Positions 18,691-30,211 of a stretch of 64,000 nucleotides of DNA are shown piece after piece; positions within the stretch are counted from its first letter, which is position 1, and each line of letters opens with the position of its first letter. The notes beneath the pieces were generated by a model that saw only the letters and a list, made by a program, of their open reading frames with translations, was not told the origin of the DNA and did not search any database. Both the position numbers and the translations under genes were made by a program. Location: contig OY764216.1 in NCBI GenBank assembly GCA_963668315.1, positions 1,408,001 to 1,472,000 on the forward strand, given 5' to 3'. The stretch is from Spirochaetia bacterium (GTDB taxonomy: Bacteria > Spirochaetota > Spirochaetia > DSM-2461).

Positions 18691-19341
18691 ATGACGAAAA
18701 AAGCCCCTGAGCAGGAAGAAATTAAAGATTCCTCTCCGGAAGGTGTGGAAGAAGATGTGTCTCTTGAAGAAACACAGAACGAAGAGGCGGATCGGGAAGA
18801 AAATCCCGATGAAGAAGAGGATGATCTGATGAAAGAACTTGAAGCCCTTAAGGAAGAAAACGGAACTCTCAAGGATCAGCTTTTAAGGAAGTCCGCCGAT
18901 TTTGAGAATTACAGAAAACGGATGCTGCGGGAAAAGCAGGATACCGTAAAATTCGGTAACCAGGAAATCCTGAAGGATTTGATAGAGGTTATCGATAACT
19001 TTGAAAGAGCGCTTAATTCTTCGGGGGAATCAAAGGATTTCGATTCTTTTTATGACGGAATTTCCATGATTGAGCAGCAGTTTACCAATATGCTGGCTTC
19101 GAAGTACAACCTTGTTAAGATGACAGACAGCGGAGAAGAGTACGATCCCAATTGTCACGAAGCGCTTATGATGGAGGAAACCGAAGAAGTAAAGGTCCCC
19201 ACGGTTATGGAAATTTTCCAGACCGGCTATTTACTTCACGACCGGGTACTGAGACCGGCAAAAGTGAAAGTGGGCAAACCTGCGATACCCGCTGAGCCGA
19301 ATGATGAAATTGACGCCGACGATGAAACGGCGGAAGCATAG
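18691..19341 (+). CDS. grpE: Nucleotide exchange factor GrpE
   Basis: ADFENYRKR, DNFERAL, YDPNCHEA, GY..HDRVLRPAKVKV; promoter TTGACC-N17-TATTTT at 18631-18659. Confidence 0.97.
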   Translation: MTKKAPEQEEIKDSSPEGVEEDVSLEETQNEEADREENPDEEEDDLMKELEALKEENGTLKDQLLRKSADFENYRKRMLREKQDTVKFGNQEILKDLIEVIDNFERALNSSGESKDFDSFYDGISMIEQQFTNMLASKYNLVKMTDSGEEYDPNCHEALMMEETEEVKVPTVMEIFQTGYLLHDRVLRPAKVKVGKPAIPAEPNDEIDADDETAEA

Positions 19342-19378
19342 AATATAAAATAGAGAGTTAGGACGTAAGGAGACTGAA

Positions 19379-21319
19379 ATGGGTAAGATTATTGGTATTG
19401 ACTTGGGTACGACAAACTCCTGTGTCGCCGTTATGGAAGGCGGCGAACCCCAGGTTATTCAGAACGAAGAGGGACAGAGAACGACTCCCTCCATTGTAGC
19501 TTATACAGAAAAGGGCGAACGCCTTGTGGGACAGCCGGCCAAGAACCAGATGGTTACCAACCCGGAGAATACGATCTTTTCCATTAAGCGTTTCATGGGA
19601 CGTCATTATAATGAAGTCAGTGAAGAGCTGGGAATGATCCCCTATAAAGTGGAGAAAGGTGCTTCCGGAGATATCCGGGTGGACTCCCGCGGCAAGCAGT
19701 ATTCCCCTCCCGAAATTTCCGCCGCCATTCTTCAGAAGATGAAGAAGACCGCAGAAGATTATCTCGGTGAGTCGGTAACCGAAGCGGTTATTACCGTTCC
19801 CGCCTATTTTAACGATGCCCAGAGACAGGCTACCAAAGATGCGGGACGCATCGCCGGTCTCGAAGTAAAGAGAATTGTTAACGAGCCTACCGCCGCCGCC
19901 CTTTCCTACGGTTTCGGCAAGGAACAGAACGATCATAAAATCGCCGTTTACGACCTGGGAGGCGGTACTTTCGATATCTCTATCCTGGAACTGGGTGACG
20001 GTGTTTTCGAAGTTAAGTCAACCAACGGTGATACCCACCTCGGAGGTGATAACTTCGACCAGGTGATCATTGACTGGCTTGTTTCCAGCTTCAAGAACGA
20101 TCAGGGAATCGATCTGTCCCAGGACAGAATGGCCCTTCAGAGACTCAAGGAAGCGGCGGAGAAGGCAAAGAAAGAGCTTTCCACGACCCAGTCTTCGGAC
20201 ATCAACCTGCCCTTTATCACGGCAGACGCCTCCGGTCCCAAGCACCTTCAGTATAACCTGAGCCGTGCCAAGTTCGAGCAGATGGCAGGCAGCCTGGTGG
20301 AAAGAACCAGAATCCCCTGTGAAAAAGCCCTTAAAGATGCCGGTTACACTCCTGCCGATATTGACGAAGTTATCCTCGTCGGAGGTTCCTCCCGAATCCC
20401 CGCCGTACAGGAAATGGTAAAGGCCATTTTTAAGAAAGAGCCCCACAGAGGTGTGAACCCCGATGAAGTAGTTGCCATGGGTGCTGCCATCCAGGGCGGT
20501 GTACTCGGCGGTGATGTTAACGATATTCTTCTTCTGGATGTTACGCCCCTTTCCCTCGGTATCGAGACTCTGGGCGGTGTAACCACAAGACTTATCGAAA
20601 GAAACACTACGATCCCCACCAAGAAAAGCCAGATCTTTTCCACCGCTGCGGATAACCAGAATGCCGTTTCCATCAAAGTCCTTCAGGGTGAGCGTGAAAT
20701 GGCCAAGGATAACCGTGTCCTGGGCAACTTTGACCTGGTCGGTATTCCCCCCGCACCCCGCGGCGTTCCCCAGATCGAGGTAACCTTCGATATTGACGCC
20801 AACGGTATTGTGCACGTTTCCGCCAAGGATATGGGTACGGGCAAGGAACAGAAGATCAGAATCGAATCTTCCTCCGGTCTTTCCGAGAGCGAAATCGAGA
20901 AGATGGTTCATGACGCAGAGGCGAATGCCGCTTCAGATAAGGCTGTACGCGAAAAAGCGGAAGTTACCAATGAAGCTGACAGCATGATCTACCAGACCGA
21001 GAAATCCCTCGGAGAACTGGGAGATAAGATCAGCGCCGATGAAAAGAGCAAGATTGAGGCGGCGATTTCCGATCTCAAGAAAGCTCTTGAAGGGGGAGAT
21101 CTGGAGAATATCAAGGCTAAAAACGAAGCTTTGAAACAGGCCTCCTATAAACTGGCGGAAGAGGTGTATAAGCAGCAGGCCGGTCAGCAGGCCGGCGGAG
21201 CAGGTCCCGACATGGGGGCAGGCGCCGGACCCGGACCGGATATGGGCGGAGCAGGAGAACAGTCTTCTTCCGACGACAATTCGGCTGAAGATGCTGACTA
21301 CGAAGTTGTGGACGAGTAA
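19379..21319 (+). CDS. dnaK: Chaperone DnaK
   Basis: [32 protein letters not shown]. Confidence 0.99.
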   Translation: MGKIIGIDLGTTNSCVAVMEGGEPQVIQNEEGQRTTPSIVAYTEKGERLVGQPAKNQMVTNPENTIFSIKRFMGRHYNEVSEELGMIPYKVEKGASGDIRVDSRGKQYSPPEISAAILQKMKKTAEDYLGESVTEAVITVPAYFNDAQRQATKDAGRIAGLEVKRIVNEPTAAALSYGFGKEQNDHKIAVYDLGGGTFDISILELGDGVFEVKSTNGDTHLGGDNFDQVIIDWLVSSFKNDQGIDLSQDRMALQRLKEAAEKAKKELSTTQSSDINLPFITADASGPKHLQYNLSRAKFEQMAGSLVERTRIPCEKALKDAGYTPADIDEVILVGGSSRIPAVQEMVKAIFKKEPHRGVNPDEVVAMGAAIQGGVLGGDVNDILLLDVTPLSLGIETLGGVTTRLIERNTTIPTKKSQIFSTAADNQNAVSIKVLQGEREMAKDNRVLGNFDLVGIPPAPRGVPQIEVTFDIDANGIVHVSAKDMGTGKEQKIRIESSSGLSESEIEKMVHDAEANAASDKAVREKAEVTNEADSMIYQTEKSLGELGDKISADEKSKIEAAISDLKKALEGGDLENIKAKNEALKQASYKLAEEVYKQQAGQQAGGAGPDMGAGAGPGPDMGGAGEQSSSDDNSAEDADYEVVDE

Positions 21320-21324
21320 AATCG

Positions 21325-22452
21325 GTGGCCAAGAAAGATTACTACGAAGTTCTGGGGGTCGAGAAATCGGCCCAGCCGGACGAGATAAAAAAAGCTTACA
21401 GAAAACTTGCAATCAAGTATCATCCGGACCGTAACCAGGGAGATGATGAAGCGGAGAAGAAATTCAAGGAAGCCACCGAGGCTTATGAAGTTCTTTCCGA
21501 TGAGAAGAAACGTCAGGCCTATGACCAATACGGCTTTGCCGGTGTTGACGGCATGGGCGGACCTTCATTCAACTCTCAGGCTTTCTCGGGCTTCGAGGAT
21601 ATCTTCGGTGACTTCTCCTCTATTTTCGACTCCTTTTTCGGAGGAGGAATGGGGGGGCACGCCCGGGGAGGCCGCAGAGCCAACCGCGGGCAGGATCTCC
21701 GTTATGATTTGAGGATCGACTTCTCCGAAGCGGTCTACGGAGTCAAAAAAGAGATCGAGTACCACCGTCAGGCGGCCTGTCCCTCCTGCCACGGCAGCGG
21801 TGCCGAATCGGGCAGCGGAACGAAAACCTGTCCTTCCTGCGGAGGAACGGGTCAGGTAAGGAGAAGTTCCGGCTTCTTCAGTATAGCCTCTCCCTGTTCG
21901 GCATGTAACGGGGAAGGGACGATCATCGAGAATCCCTGCCATGACTGCCGCGGCTCCGGTGTGGTGAGAAAAAGCCAGAAGGTCAAAGTTACCATTCCTG
22001 CCGGAATCGACGGCGGGAAGAGAATACGGCTGGACGGTCAGGGCAACGCTCCCCAGAAGGGGGGTGTCCCGGGTGATCTTTACGTCTATATAGATGTAAA
22101 ACCCCATCCCCATTTCGAGAGGGATGAGTATGATCTCTACTGTGTTGTACCTATCTCCTTTTCCCAGGCCGCATTGGGCACGGATATTCTCGTTCGTACT
22201 CTTGACGATAAGAAAATCAAGCTCAAGATTGCCTCGGGAACTCAAAACGGGAAAATTCTCCGGATCAAAGGAGAAGGAGTCCCTGTCCTTCACGGCGGAG
22301 GCCGGAAGGGCGATATGTATGTGAAGATCTTTGTGGAGGTCCCCACGAAACTTTCCGCCAAGGAGAAGTCCATTCTTAAGGATTTCGCCCAGGTTCATGG
22401 AGAGACAAGTGAACCGATACCTTATACGCTGGACCAACTGAGAAAAATATAA
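21325..22452 (+). CDS. dnaJ: Chaperone DnaJ
   Basis: J domain with HPD, G/F region, four CxxCxGxG repeats. Confidence 0.99.
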   Translation: MAKKDYYEVLGVEKSAQPDEIKKAYRKLAIKYHPDRNQGDDEAEKKFKEATEAYEVLSDEKKRQAYDQYGFAGVDGMGGPSFNSQAFSGFEDIFGDFSSIFDSFFGGGMGGHARGGRRANRGQDLRYDLRIDFSEAVYGVKKEIEYHRQAACPSCHGSGAESGSGTKTCPSCGGTGQVRRSSGFFSIASPCSACNGEGTIIENPCHDCRGSGVVRKSQKVKVTIPAGIDGGKRIRLDGQGNAPQKGGVPGDLYVYIDVKPHPHFERDEYDLYCVVPISFSQAALGTDILVRTLDDKKIKLKIASGTQNGKILRIKGEGVPVLHGGGRKGDMYVKIFVEVPTKLSAKEKSILKDFAQVHGETSEPIPYTLDQLRKI

Positions 22453-22476
22453 TCTGCAGCGGCAGTAAAACATGGA

Positions 22477-22507
22477 AAGCCGGTCCGGAAAGGATCGGCT
22501 TTTTTTA
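22477..22507 (+). terminator. Intrinsic terminator of grpE-dnaK-dnaJ
   Basis: AGCCGGTCC-ggaaa-GGATCGGCT followed by a T-run. Confidence 0.85.
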
Positions 22508-22547
22508 TTTGTACAATAAATAATGTTGATCTATATTGTAGGAAGAT

Positions 22548-24251
22548 ATGGTAAGTAAAACGTCAATCCTTTACCTGTTCGTCCTGCTCGCCCTTTCCTG
22601 TCATCTATATTCCGAGTCCCTGCAGGTGTCGGAAGGAGTTCTGGATCTGCGTTTCAAGGAACTCTCCGGTGTTTTACCGCTGGTGGGGGAGTGGGACTTT
22701 CAGAATGACAAGGGGGAAAGGTCACGGATTAAGGTCCCCGGAGGATGGGAAAGCAACACCGGGTACAACATTGGCCGGGGCGTTTATTCCCTGACCATTC
22801 TTAACGATCACAGGCCGGGCGGTGACGCGGGCCTTCTTCTGACAAAGCTCAATCAGAATCTGCGGGTTTATATAAACGGGAGCCTTGTCTTTGATTCCAT
22901 AAGCACAGGAAATACTTTTCTCAATTATACCCGTTCTGTCATTCCTGTTCCCAAAGAGGATATCGTAAAAATCGTCATTGTTATGGATAATTCTTTCTTC
23001 CGCAGGGGAGGAATGCACCATGCTATTCTTATTGGACCCTACAGCCGTATCCTTAAGTATAAATACGGAAATATGATAAGGGAGTCGGCTATCTCCGGGA
23101 TTCTCTTCTTTCTGTTTCTTTACAATTTATTTCTTTTCATAAACCACTATTCCCTGAGATCCAGTCTCTACCTGAGTCTTGTCTCCCTCTTCTTTGCTTT
23201 AAGAGGTCTGCTGTCCGGAGAGCTTCTCGTGGAGATGTTACTTCCCGATATCATGTTCTATTACCAGTTCCGCTGGGACTTTATCCTTCTTTATCTGGGT
23301 GTCGTCTGTATTATTCTTTTTGTATGGACGTTTTTTGATTTTGAAGGCAGAAGCCTGAGGCTGATGACCCGGCTGTTCGTTGTGACAGGTCTTATCCTTG
23401 CTCTTATCACACTACTCATTCCAAGGGCTGCGGTCAGCAGCAGCATCTTTATCCTGCAGGGGTATGGGCTTCTAGGTTTCTTCTACGGAATTTACCTCCT
23501 GCTTATCCAGATAAGGAGAGGAGAGCTTGAGGCTCTGTTCATATTTCTTGGTTCCCTGGTCTTTTTCTGCTTCACCTGCCTTGATATCTATACCATACAC
23601 AGGGGAAAACTCCTCTATGAGCTGACTCAGCAGGGACTTCTTTTCTTTCTGCTTTCCGATTTCCTGGTTCTGACAAGGAAGTTCGGCAAGGCATATCTCA
23701 AGGCCGAAAAATTATCCCGGGAACTTGAGAAGGAAGTGGCCCGACAGACCGGAGAACTCAAAGAACTGTCCCGTACCGACCCCCTGACGGGAATAAACAA
23801 CCGACGCCGGTTCTTTGAGCTGGGGCACAGGGAGATAGGGATTCATAAACGGCAGGGAAGGCCGCTCTCTCTTTTGATGTTCGATCTGGATCATTTCAAG
23901 AAGATAAATGACAGGTACGGCCATAGTATCGGAGACAAAGCTTTGATTTTTACGACGGAACTATGCCGGGAAGAAGTCAGGGCTTCCGATATCTTCGGCA
24001 GACTGGGAGGAGAGGAATTCGCCTTGATTCTCCTGGAAACGGAACTTGAGAAAGCCAGGGACACCGCCGAGAGAATACGAAGCAGGCTGGAAATCTCTTC
24101 AACGGGGAGAAGTGACGGAATTCCCCCCATGACAATGAGTATAGGAATTATTTCCTTCAAACCGGAGGAATCCCTGGAAGAAGGTCTGGAAAGGGCTGAT
24201 AATTTGATGTATAAGGCCAAAGAGGGCGGAAGAAACCGGATTATTGGATAA
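22548..24251 (+). CDS. 7TM-DISM-type membrane diguanylate cyclase (paralog 1)
   Basis: Signal peptide, 'GVLDLR...LVGEWDF' periplasmic domain, 7 TM helices, DPLTG, RASD I-site, GGEEF. Confidence 0.9.
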   Translation: MVSKTSILYLFVLLALSCHLYSESLQVSEGVLDLRFKELSGVLPLVGEWDFQNDKGERSRIKVPGGWESNTGYNIGRGVYSLTILNDHRPGGDAGLLLTKLNQNLRVYINGSLVFDSISTGNTFLNYTRSVIPVPKEDIVKIVIVMDNSFFRRGGMHHAILIGPYSRILKYKYGNMIRESAISGILFFLFLYNLFLFINHYSLRSSLYLSLVSLFFALRGLLSGELLVEMLLPDIMFYYQFRWDFILLYLGVVCIILFVWTFFDFEGRSLRLMTRLFVVTGLILALITLLIPRAAVSSSIFILQGYGLLGFFYGIYLLLIQIRRGELEALFIFLGSLVFFCFTCLDIYTIHRGKLLYELTQQGLLFFLLSDFLVLTRKFGKAYLKAEKLSRELEKEVARQTGELKELSRTDPLTGINNRRRFFELGHREIGIHKRQGRPLSLLMFDLDHFKKINDRYGHSIGDKALIFTTELCREEVRASDIFGRLGGEEFALILLETELEKARDTAERIRSRLEISSTGRSDGIPPMTMSIGIISFKPEESLEEGLERADNLMYKAKEGGRNRIIG

Positions 24252-24303
24252 AGTCCTATCCCCCGTGTTTGATCGGCAAATATAATTTGGTTATACTTAC
24301 TGC

Positions 24304-26010
24304 ATGGTTCGCTTTCCTCTGCTGTTCGCAGTATTAACTTCTTTATGCTCCACTCTTTTTCCCCTTTCGGCATCGAAGGGGACGATTGACCTGCGGGGTG
24401 AGGATTTTACCCGTGTATACCGTCTGACCGGAGAGTGGATTTTTACCGATACCAGCGGAAATAAATCGCTAAGATCTGCACCGGACAGCTGGAATGATAT
24501 TTACGGAACACCCCTGGGGAAGGGGTCGTATTCAATCCGGATTCTTCTTCCCGAAACACTCGATAAGGATCTGGCTCTATTTCTCCCCAAGTATAACCAG
24601 ATCGTTACTGTCCGTTCCGGAGACAGGACTCTTTACGGGGCGGAACACCCGGGGAAGGATAGTCCCGGCTTTATCAAGGATCTGATAGTCTGGCGTGAAT
24701 CGGGAGATTTTATCCTCAGCATTGATCTGGAGAACTTTTTTTACAGAAAAGGAGGACTTCATCATGCTCCCTATCTGGGCAGTTATGACTCCATCATCCG
24801 GTACAGGAACAGATTACTTCTTTCCCAGGCTTCTGTCGTGGCCATACTCTTCTTTTTATTTCTCTTCAGCTTTTTCCTCTATCTGAACAAGTACTTCTCC
24901 CTGTCCTCCCTGGCTCTGGGATTGGCGGCACTGACATTTTCCTTGCGGGGGCTGATGACGGGCGAGATACTTTGTGAGATATATTTTCCGTCCATTCCCT
25001 GGCAGATCCCTTACCGGGCAGACTATGTCCTTCTGTATCTGGGAGGGATGTTTATCATCCACCATCTCTTCTTCTATTTTGAGGCGCGAGATTCTCATCA
25101 CGGTATGACCGCACGGCTTCTGGAAATCCTCGGTATGGCCGGGGCTCTCCTCTCCCTGATACTCCCTCTTCGCCTGGTCAGTCTGAGCATCTATGTCGTC
25201 CAGTTTTATGGTATGGCCATTTTCGTAAACTGCCTGATTTTATTGTCCCATATGGTCAAAAAGAAAAATCCCGAAGCGAGGATCATCTTTGCCGGGGCAT
25301 TTCTCTTTTTTATTCTTGCGGCTGTGGATATCATTAATACCCACGGCAGACACATCATTCCCAATGCGACGCAGAAGGGGATGCTGCTCTTTATTCTGTC
25401 CCAGTTTATCGTGCTGACGAGAAGATTGGTAAAGGCCCATCGAAAATCGGAAATGCTCTCAAAGGAACTGGAGCAGGAAGTCTCCCGGCAGACATGGGAA
25501 CTGAAAAAGCTTTCCCGGACCGACCCTCTCACCGGGATTGGAAACCGGCGGCAGTTTTACGAGCTGGGAGAAAGGGAAACGGCCATCCATAACAGATACG
25601 GCCACCCCCTTGCTCTTATGATGCTTGATCTTGACCACTTTAAGAAGATCAACGACCAGTACGGGCATAGCGCCGGGGATAATGCGCTTATCCATATGAC
25701 CCGCATAATCCATCAGTTTATAAGGGAAACGGATATATTCGGACGACTGGGAGGGGAGGAGTTTGCCCTGCTCCTATTGGAAACGCCCCTCTCCCGTGGG
25801 AAGGAAGCGGCCCAGCGCATCAGGCGGGAATTGGAGAAATCCACAGAAAACGGGGAAAGCGGGATTCCCCCCATGACGGTAAGCATCGGCCTTGTCTCCC
25901 TTCGGGAAGGAGAAACCCTGGCCGATGCCATGGAGCGGGCCGATGCCCTTATGTACGAGGCCAAGAAGAACGGCCGCAACAGAGTCGTGACAGAGGAAAT
26001 CAGCGGATAA
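24304..26010 (+). CDS. 7TM-DISM-type membrane diguanylate cyclase (paralog 2)
   Basis: Same architecture; 'GTIDLR...LTGEWIF', RETD, GGEEF. Confidence 0.9.
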   Translation: MVRFPLLFAVLTSLCSTLFPLSASKGTIDLRGEDFTRVYRLTGEWIFTDTSGNKSLRSAPDSWNDIYGTPLGKGSYSIRILLPETLDKDLALFLPKYNQIVTVRSGDRTLYGAEHPGKDSPGFIKDLIVWRESGDFILSIDLENFFYRKGGLHHAPYLGSYDSIIRYRNRLLLSQASVVAILFFLFLFSFFLYLNKYFSLSSLALGLAALTFSLRGLMTGEILCEIYFPSIPWQIPYRADYVLLYLGGMFIIHHLFFYFEARDSHHGMTARLLEILGMAGALLSLILPLRLVSLSIYVVQFYGMAIFVNCLILLSHMVKKKNPEARIIFAGAFLFFILAAVDIINTHGRHIIPNATQKGMLLFILSQFIVLTRRLVKAHRKSEMLSKELEQEVSRQTWELKKLSRTDPLTGIGNRRQFYELGERETAIHNRYGHPLALMMLDLDHFKKINDQYGHSAGDNALIHMTRIIHQFIRETDIFGRLGGEEFALLLLETPLSRGKEAAQRIRRELEKSTENGESGIPPMTVSIGLVSLREGETLADAMERADALMYEAKKNGRNRVVTEEISG

Positions 26011-27346
26011 GTTCTGAAAACGCCCGGTTTATCTTCTCTTCCATGGCCGTCCGCTCAGCCTCCAGGGCTTTGAGCGCTTCCTTCGACGGGTCCAGGTTCA
26101 GGCATCCCGTTGTTCCCGGATAGGTCCGGGATTTCAGAGAATCCTCCGGATCTCGCGACTGCAGCGATGTGAGATTCAGACCCACTTCCCGATAGGCATC
26201 ACGGAAGCTGGCGCCATCGGCCACCAGCTCCAGAGCATAATCGGTGGCATAGATGTCCGGAGTAAAGCCTTTAATCAGATTGTCCCTGTTCACTGTCATC
26301 TTCTCTACTGTCAGATCCATAATACGAAGAGAGATCAGGGCCAGGTGACAGCCTTTGAGAAAGGGTTCCTTGGTTTCCTGGAAATCCCGGTTGTATCCGG
26401 AGGGAAGGGAGCGGACAATGTTTTTCACCTGCATGGCATAGGCCGAGAGGGTGCCCGATTTGGCGCGGAGCAGTTCCAGGCCGTCGGGGTTCTTCTTCTG
26501 GGGCATGATGCTGGAGCCGGAACAGAGATCCATGGGAAGGGAAAAGTAACCGAATTCCGGGAGGGAGAAGAGAATCAGGTCCTGGGCCATCTTGCTCAGA
26601 GTCAGTCCCGTCTGGTCCAGCAGGTCCAGGATAAGCGACTCTATTCTGCCGCGGGAGTTATTCACGTAAAGCACGTTGTTCTGAACCCGGGAGAATCCCA
26701 TCAGGTCGGCGGTCATCTGCCTGTCCAGGGGAAGGGGAACGCCGTAACTGGCTGCCGACCCCAGGGGGTTCTGATCTACCACATCGAAAAGTCCCCGGGC
26801 CAGTCGGAACTGATCGGTCAACTCCTCCGCCCAGGCGGCCATCCAGAGACCGACCGAGGAGGGCATGGCGATCTGCATATGGGTACGTCCCGGCATGGGA
26901 GTGCCTGCATGCTCATCGGCCAGGGTATAGAGACGGTCCGCCAGGGAACCGAGGGTCTTCATATAGGTAAGGAGAAAGGAGCGGGCGTAGAGACGCAGGG
27001 CCGTGATGACCTGGTCATTGCGGCTTCGGCCGGTATGAATCTTCTTGCCGGCGTCCCCTATATGTTCGGTGAGGTAATTCTCTATGGCCGTATGGCCGTC
27101 TTCATCGCTCCGCAGAATTGGGAAAGCCCCTTTTCCGTGAAGATCGAGAATCTCCCTGATGCCTTTTTTGAGGCCATTCAGTTCCTCTTCGGAGAGAATC
27201 CCGATTTTCGTCAGCATAGCCGCATGGGCCGTGCTGGCCAGGCAGTCCGATTCCACCAGGTCCTGATCCAGCAGATAATCGCTGCCCACCGTAAATTCTT
27301 CTATCAATTCGTTTAATTCGTAATTCTTTGCCCAGATCTTGCTCAT
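26000..27346 (-). CDS. argH: Argininosuccinate lyase
   Basis: HTGRSRNDQ, PGRTHMQ, GSSIMPQKKNPD, YNRDFQ. Confidence 0.97.
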   Translation of the reverse strand: MSKIWAKNYELNELIEEFTVGSDYLLDQDLVESDCLASTAHAAMLTKIGILSEEELNGLKKGIREILDLHGKGAFPILRSDEDGHTAIENYLTEHIGDAGKKIHTGRSRNDQVITALRLYARSFLLTYMKTLGSLADRLYTLADEHAGTPMPGRTHMQIAMPSSVGLWMAAWAEELTDQFRLARGLFDVVDQNPLGSAASYGVPLPLDRQMTADLMGFSRVQNNVLYVNNSRGRIESLILDLLDQTGLTLSKMAQDLILFSLPEFGYFSLPMDLCSGSSIMPQKKNPDGLELLRAKSGTLSAYAMQVKNIVRSLPSGYNRDFQETKEPFLKGCHLALISLRIMDLTVEKMTVNRDNLIKGFTPDIYATDYALELVADGASFRDAYREVGLNLTSLQSRDPEDSLKSRTYPGTTGCLNLDPSKEALKALEAERTAMEEKINRAFSELIR

Positions 27347-27450
27347 GGGCTGTATTATAGCCAACCGGGACTGACGTGACAAACCCTATTCACCCAAAAG
27401 ACACAGGATTTCCTTTGAGAAATCCCCTTCGTTAAGCTATATTTAGGGGT

Positions 27451-28059
27451 ATGAAGTTAAAAATTGCCTCTCTGGTCTTTCTTCTGGTTCTTATTCCTGT
27501 TTATAGTCTGGATATTGATATAAGCGTCGGGCCGGCCTACGCCTTTTACGGGTTTCATGCAGCAGAGGGTACCACGGTGGAATTGGAGTCACAGTATCAT
27601 ACCATCGGAGCGGATCTGGGCGGCACCTGTATCCTGACTCCGGAGTGGGAAATCCGGTCGAATCTGTTTCTCGGATTTCCCGTAAGCGGTGCTGTTTATC
27701 TGGACAATGAATTGTATAATAAGCCGGATCTCTCGGAATACGATCTGTATTCCTTCTATTTTAATCTAACCACGGGGCCGGCATACAGAATCGGGAAAAA
27801 TGCATTCTCCCTGTCTCTGGGGCCGATCCTTGTTCTGAATGACTTTGTACTGGCCGCCTCCGATGACGATCCGGAATACGTTATTTCCTATACCCTGGGA
27901 ATCGGAGGAGCGGGACATATCGAATACTCTCTGGACAACTGGATTCTTTATGCCGATATTAAGGGCGCTTTTAATTTCCGTGAGATGCTGGTGAAGCATG
28001 ACGATTTTTCCTATGCCTACGGCGGGGAAGTCTCTTTGGGAGGCGTATGGAGACTCTGA
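27451..28059 (+). CDS. Probable small outer-membrane beta-barrel protein
   Basis: Signal peptide, alternating aromatic/Gly strands, C-terminus SLGGVWRL. Confidence 0.6.
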   Translation: MKLKIASLVFLLVLIPVYSLDIDISVGPAYAFYGFHAAEGTTVELESQYHTIGADLGGTCILTPEWEIRSNLFLGFPVSGAVYLDNELYNKPDLSEYDLYSFYFNLTTGPAYRIGKNAFSLSLGPILVLNDFVLAASDDDPEYVISYTLGIGGAGHIEYSLDNWILYADIKGAFNFREMLVKHDDFSYAYGGEVSLGGVWRL

Positions 28060-29612
28060 TGAATTTCAAATATGCGATATTGGGAGCCATTCTGCTTTTA
28101 GAATTGGTATCCTGTCCTTTACCCGATGGGGAAACAAACACTTATGCCGAAAGTCTGACAAGCTATATTGATTATCGGAATAAATCGACGGACTGGACCG
28201 TGATGTATTATGTGGATGGTGATAACAATCTGGAGACTTATCTGCTTGATGATATCAGTGAGCTTTCCGAGGGGCTGGAATCTACTGACCTGATCAATGT
28301 TATCGCCCTGGTCGACCGGGTTGATGGCTATTCCTCCGACTCTTCCGTTTTGGGCAGTGATTTTACCGATACCCGTCTTTTCAGGATTGGAAGCGGTGAA
28401 ATCTATGATATACCGGGGAAGGAGTATTTTCCCGATATCGGGGAGAATCTTTCCGGCGAATATAACATGGGAGACGGGGAGACCTTAAAGAGTTTTATTG
28501 AATATTGCAAAGCCTATTATCCGGCGGAGAATTATGCATTGATATTTTCCAATCATGGAGGGGGAGTCAGAGGGAGCGTCAGTGATCGCTCTACATCCGA
28601 AAGTAGCACCGCCGCTTTGCCAAGTAAAGCGGTTTGTTATGACGATTCTTCCAATGGAGACTGTCTATATACGGCGGAAATTACCGATATTCTGGATAGT
28701 TCACATTCGGTGGATCTCATGGTATATGATGCCTGTGATCTGGGCCTGGTGGAGATAGCCTATCAATACCGACCAAACAGCGGGGACTTTTCTGCTGATT
28801 ATATGGCGGCTTCCTCTACTACCGTCTGGGGATATGGATTACCCTATGATGCCATTTTCGAGCGGATCTCCCGGAGCCGTTCAGGGACGACGGGTTATAG
28901 AAGCAATGTGAAGGATGGAATAGACTATGATACGGTTTATTATTCTCCTTCTTCTTTGACGCCGAAAGAGTTCGGGCTGATTATAGTGGAGGAGCAGGAA
29001 AGGTCTACCCAGAATTCAAGTGATGGGACCGGGGAGGCTTTTTCCCTCTATGATCTCTCTGCGGTTGAAGCCGTCGTGGGAGAGCTGAATAACAAGGCCG
29101 CATCTCTAGGATTGGGAACAGGCGATCTGGATACGGCACAGTCCGCCTGTATTGCTTATGAAGACTCTGTTTATACTTCATCGGCAAATTATAACTCAAC
29201 CTATTACCCCCACTATGATTTATATGATTTCGGTTATTATATTGATAGTACTGATTCACCCCTCGAGAATGGCATAAAAGAGTATGTTGATGATATGGTC
29301 GTAGCTTCCTTCGGGGGATCTACATTTTCATCTGACTTTAAAGAAGGGGAAGAAGGCTTGGGATTTTTCTTCCCCGATGGTGACGACGCATATCTGGATG
29401 CTACACGCTGGGCTTATGAGTGGTGGTATACGGGAGAGGATACGGGGGCTTTATGGGATGATTCCTATCTATATGGGAAACTGGATTTCTGTACTGCCGA
29501 TGACGACGGCATCGTAGACGGGTGGTTCGAACTGCTCCAGTCGCTGTACAATCCCTATGATCCCCAGAGCCAATCGTCAGCTTATGACGCTTATCACCCC
29601 GGAAGATATTAA
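28059..29612 (+). CDS. Clostripain-family (C11) cysteine peptidase lipoprotein
   Basis: Lipobox-like LVSC; WTVMYYVDGDNNLE, YPAENYALIFSNHGGG (His), YDACDLG (Cys). Start may be 28047. Confidence 0.9.
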   Translation: MNFKYAILGAILLLELVSCPLPDGETNTYAESLTSYIDYRNKSTDWTVMYYVDGDNNLETYLLDDISELSEGLESTDLINVIALVDRVDGYSSDSSVLGSDFTDTRLFRIGSGEIYDIPGKEYFPDIGENLSGEYNMGDGETLKSFIEYCKAYYPAENYALIFSNHGGGVRGSVSDRSTSESSTAALPSKAVCYDDSSNGDCLYTAEITDILDSSHSVDLMVYDACDLGLVEIAYQYRPNSGDFSADYMAASSTTVWGYGLPYDAIFERISRSRSGTTGYRSNVKDGIDYDTVYYSPSSLTPKEFGLIIVEEQERSTQNSSDGTGEAFSLYDLSAVEAVVGELNNKAASLGLGTGDLDTAQSACIAYEDSVYTSSANYNSTYYPHYDLYDFGYYIDSTDSPLENGIKEYVDDMVVASFGGSTFSSDFKEGEEGLGFFFPDGDDAYLDATRWAYEWWYTGEDTGALWDDSYLYGKLDFCTADDDGIVDGWFELLQSLYNPYDPQSQSSAYDAYHPGRY

Positions 29613-29623
29613 AAGAGGCTACT

Positions 29624-30154
29624 ATGAAGAAATATTTTTTGATTTGTACAGCGGTATTTTCTCTCTCCTTTCTTGCCGCAGGAGGGAAGGGCGAGTCGGT
29701 CAGTGATCCTGGCACAGCCTCGGGGGAAGGGCGTTCCATCAAGATTTCCTACCAGATACAGAAAAATGATGAAGGAAGTCGCTCCGAGGGCAGTATCCAT
29801 ATCCTCACGATTAATGGTTATACCCTGCCCTATGTCTTTTCCTATGTTTATGCGGCGGATGTCCCCTATGTCTTTGAGGATAAGACTCAGCGCTGGGATG
29901 ACGGCGGGTATATCAGAAATCTGGATGATAAGGGGACACCGCGCTTTGAAAAGTCTGCCCGGGAAATATCGGAGGATGACTGGACTCTCGGCTGGTATGA
30001 AGGTTCTACGCAGAAGAAAGGTACGCCCCGCTCTTGGGTCTATGTGGAGCGGGAGAATCTCAAGGCATTTGTAAATCCCGATGAATTAAGACGGTTTATC
30101 GAATATGAAAAGCCGGAATCTATCGCTAAGAACGAGCTCTTAGCTGTTCCGTAA
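29624..30154 (+). CDS. Exported hypothetical protein
   Basis: GAGG RBS; signal peptide followed by AGGKGE. Confidence 0.65.
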   Translation: MKKYFLICTAVFSLSFLAAGGKGESVSDPGTASGEGRSIKISYQIQKNDEGSRSEGSIHILTINGYTLPYVFSYVYAADVPYVFEDKTQRWDDGGYIRNLDDKGTPRFEKSAREISEDDWTLGWYEGSTQKKGTPRSWVYVERENLKAFVNPDELRRFIEYEKPESIAKNELLAVP

Positions 30155-30211
30155 ACCCGTTTCCCCGGGGATTATTTCACGATACCTATTTACGGATGAT
30201 AGGGGAAGCCA

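Noticed and set aside
21200..21250. GPDMG repeat in the DnaK tail
   Set aside because: Ordinary low-complexity DnaK C-terminus.
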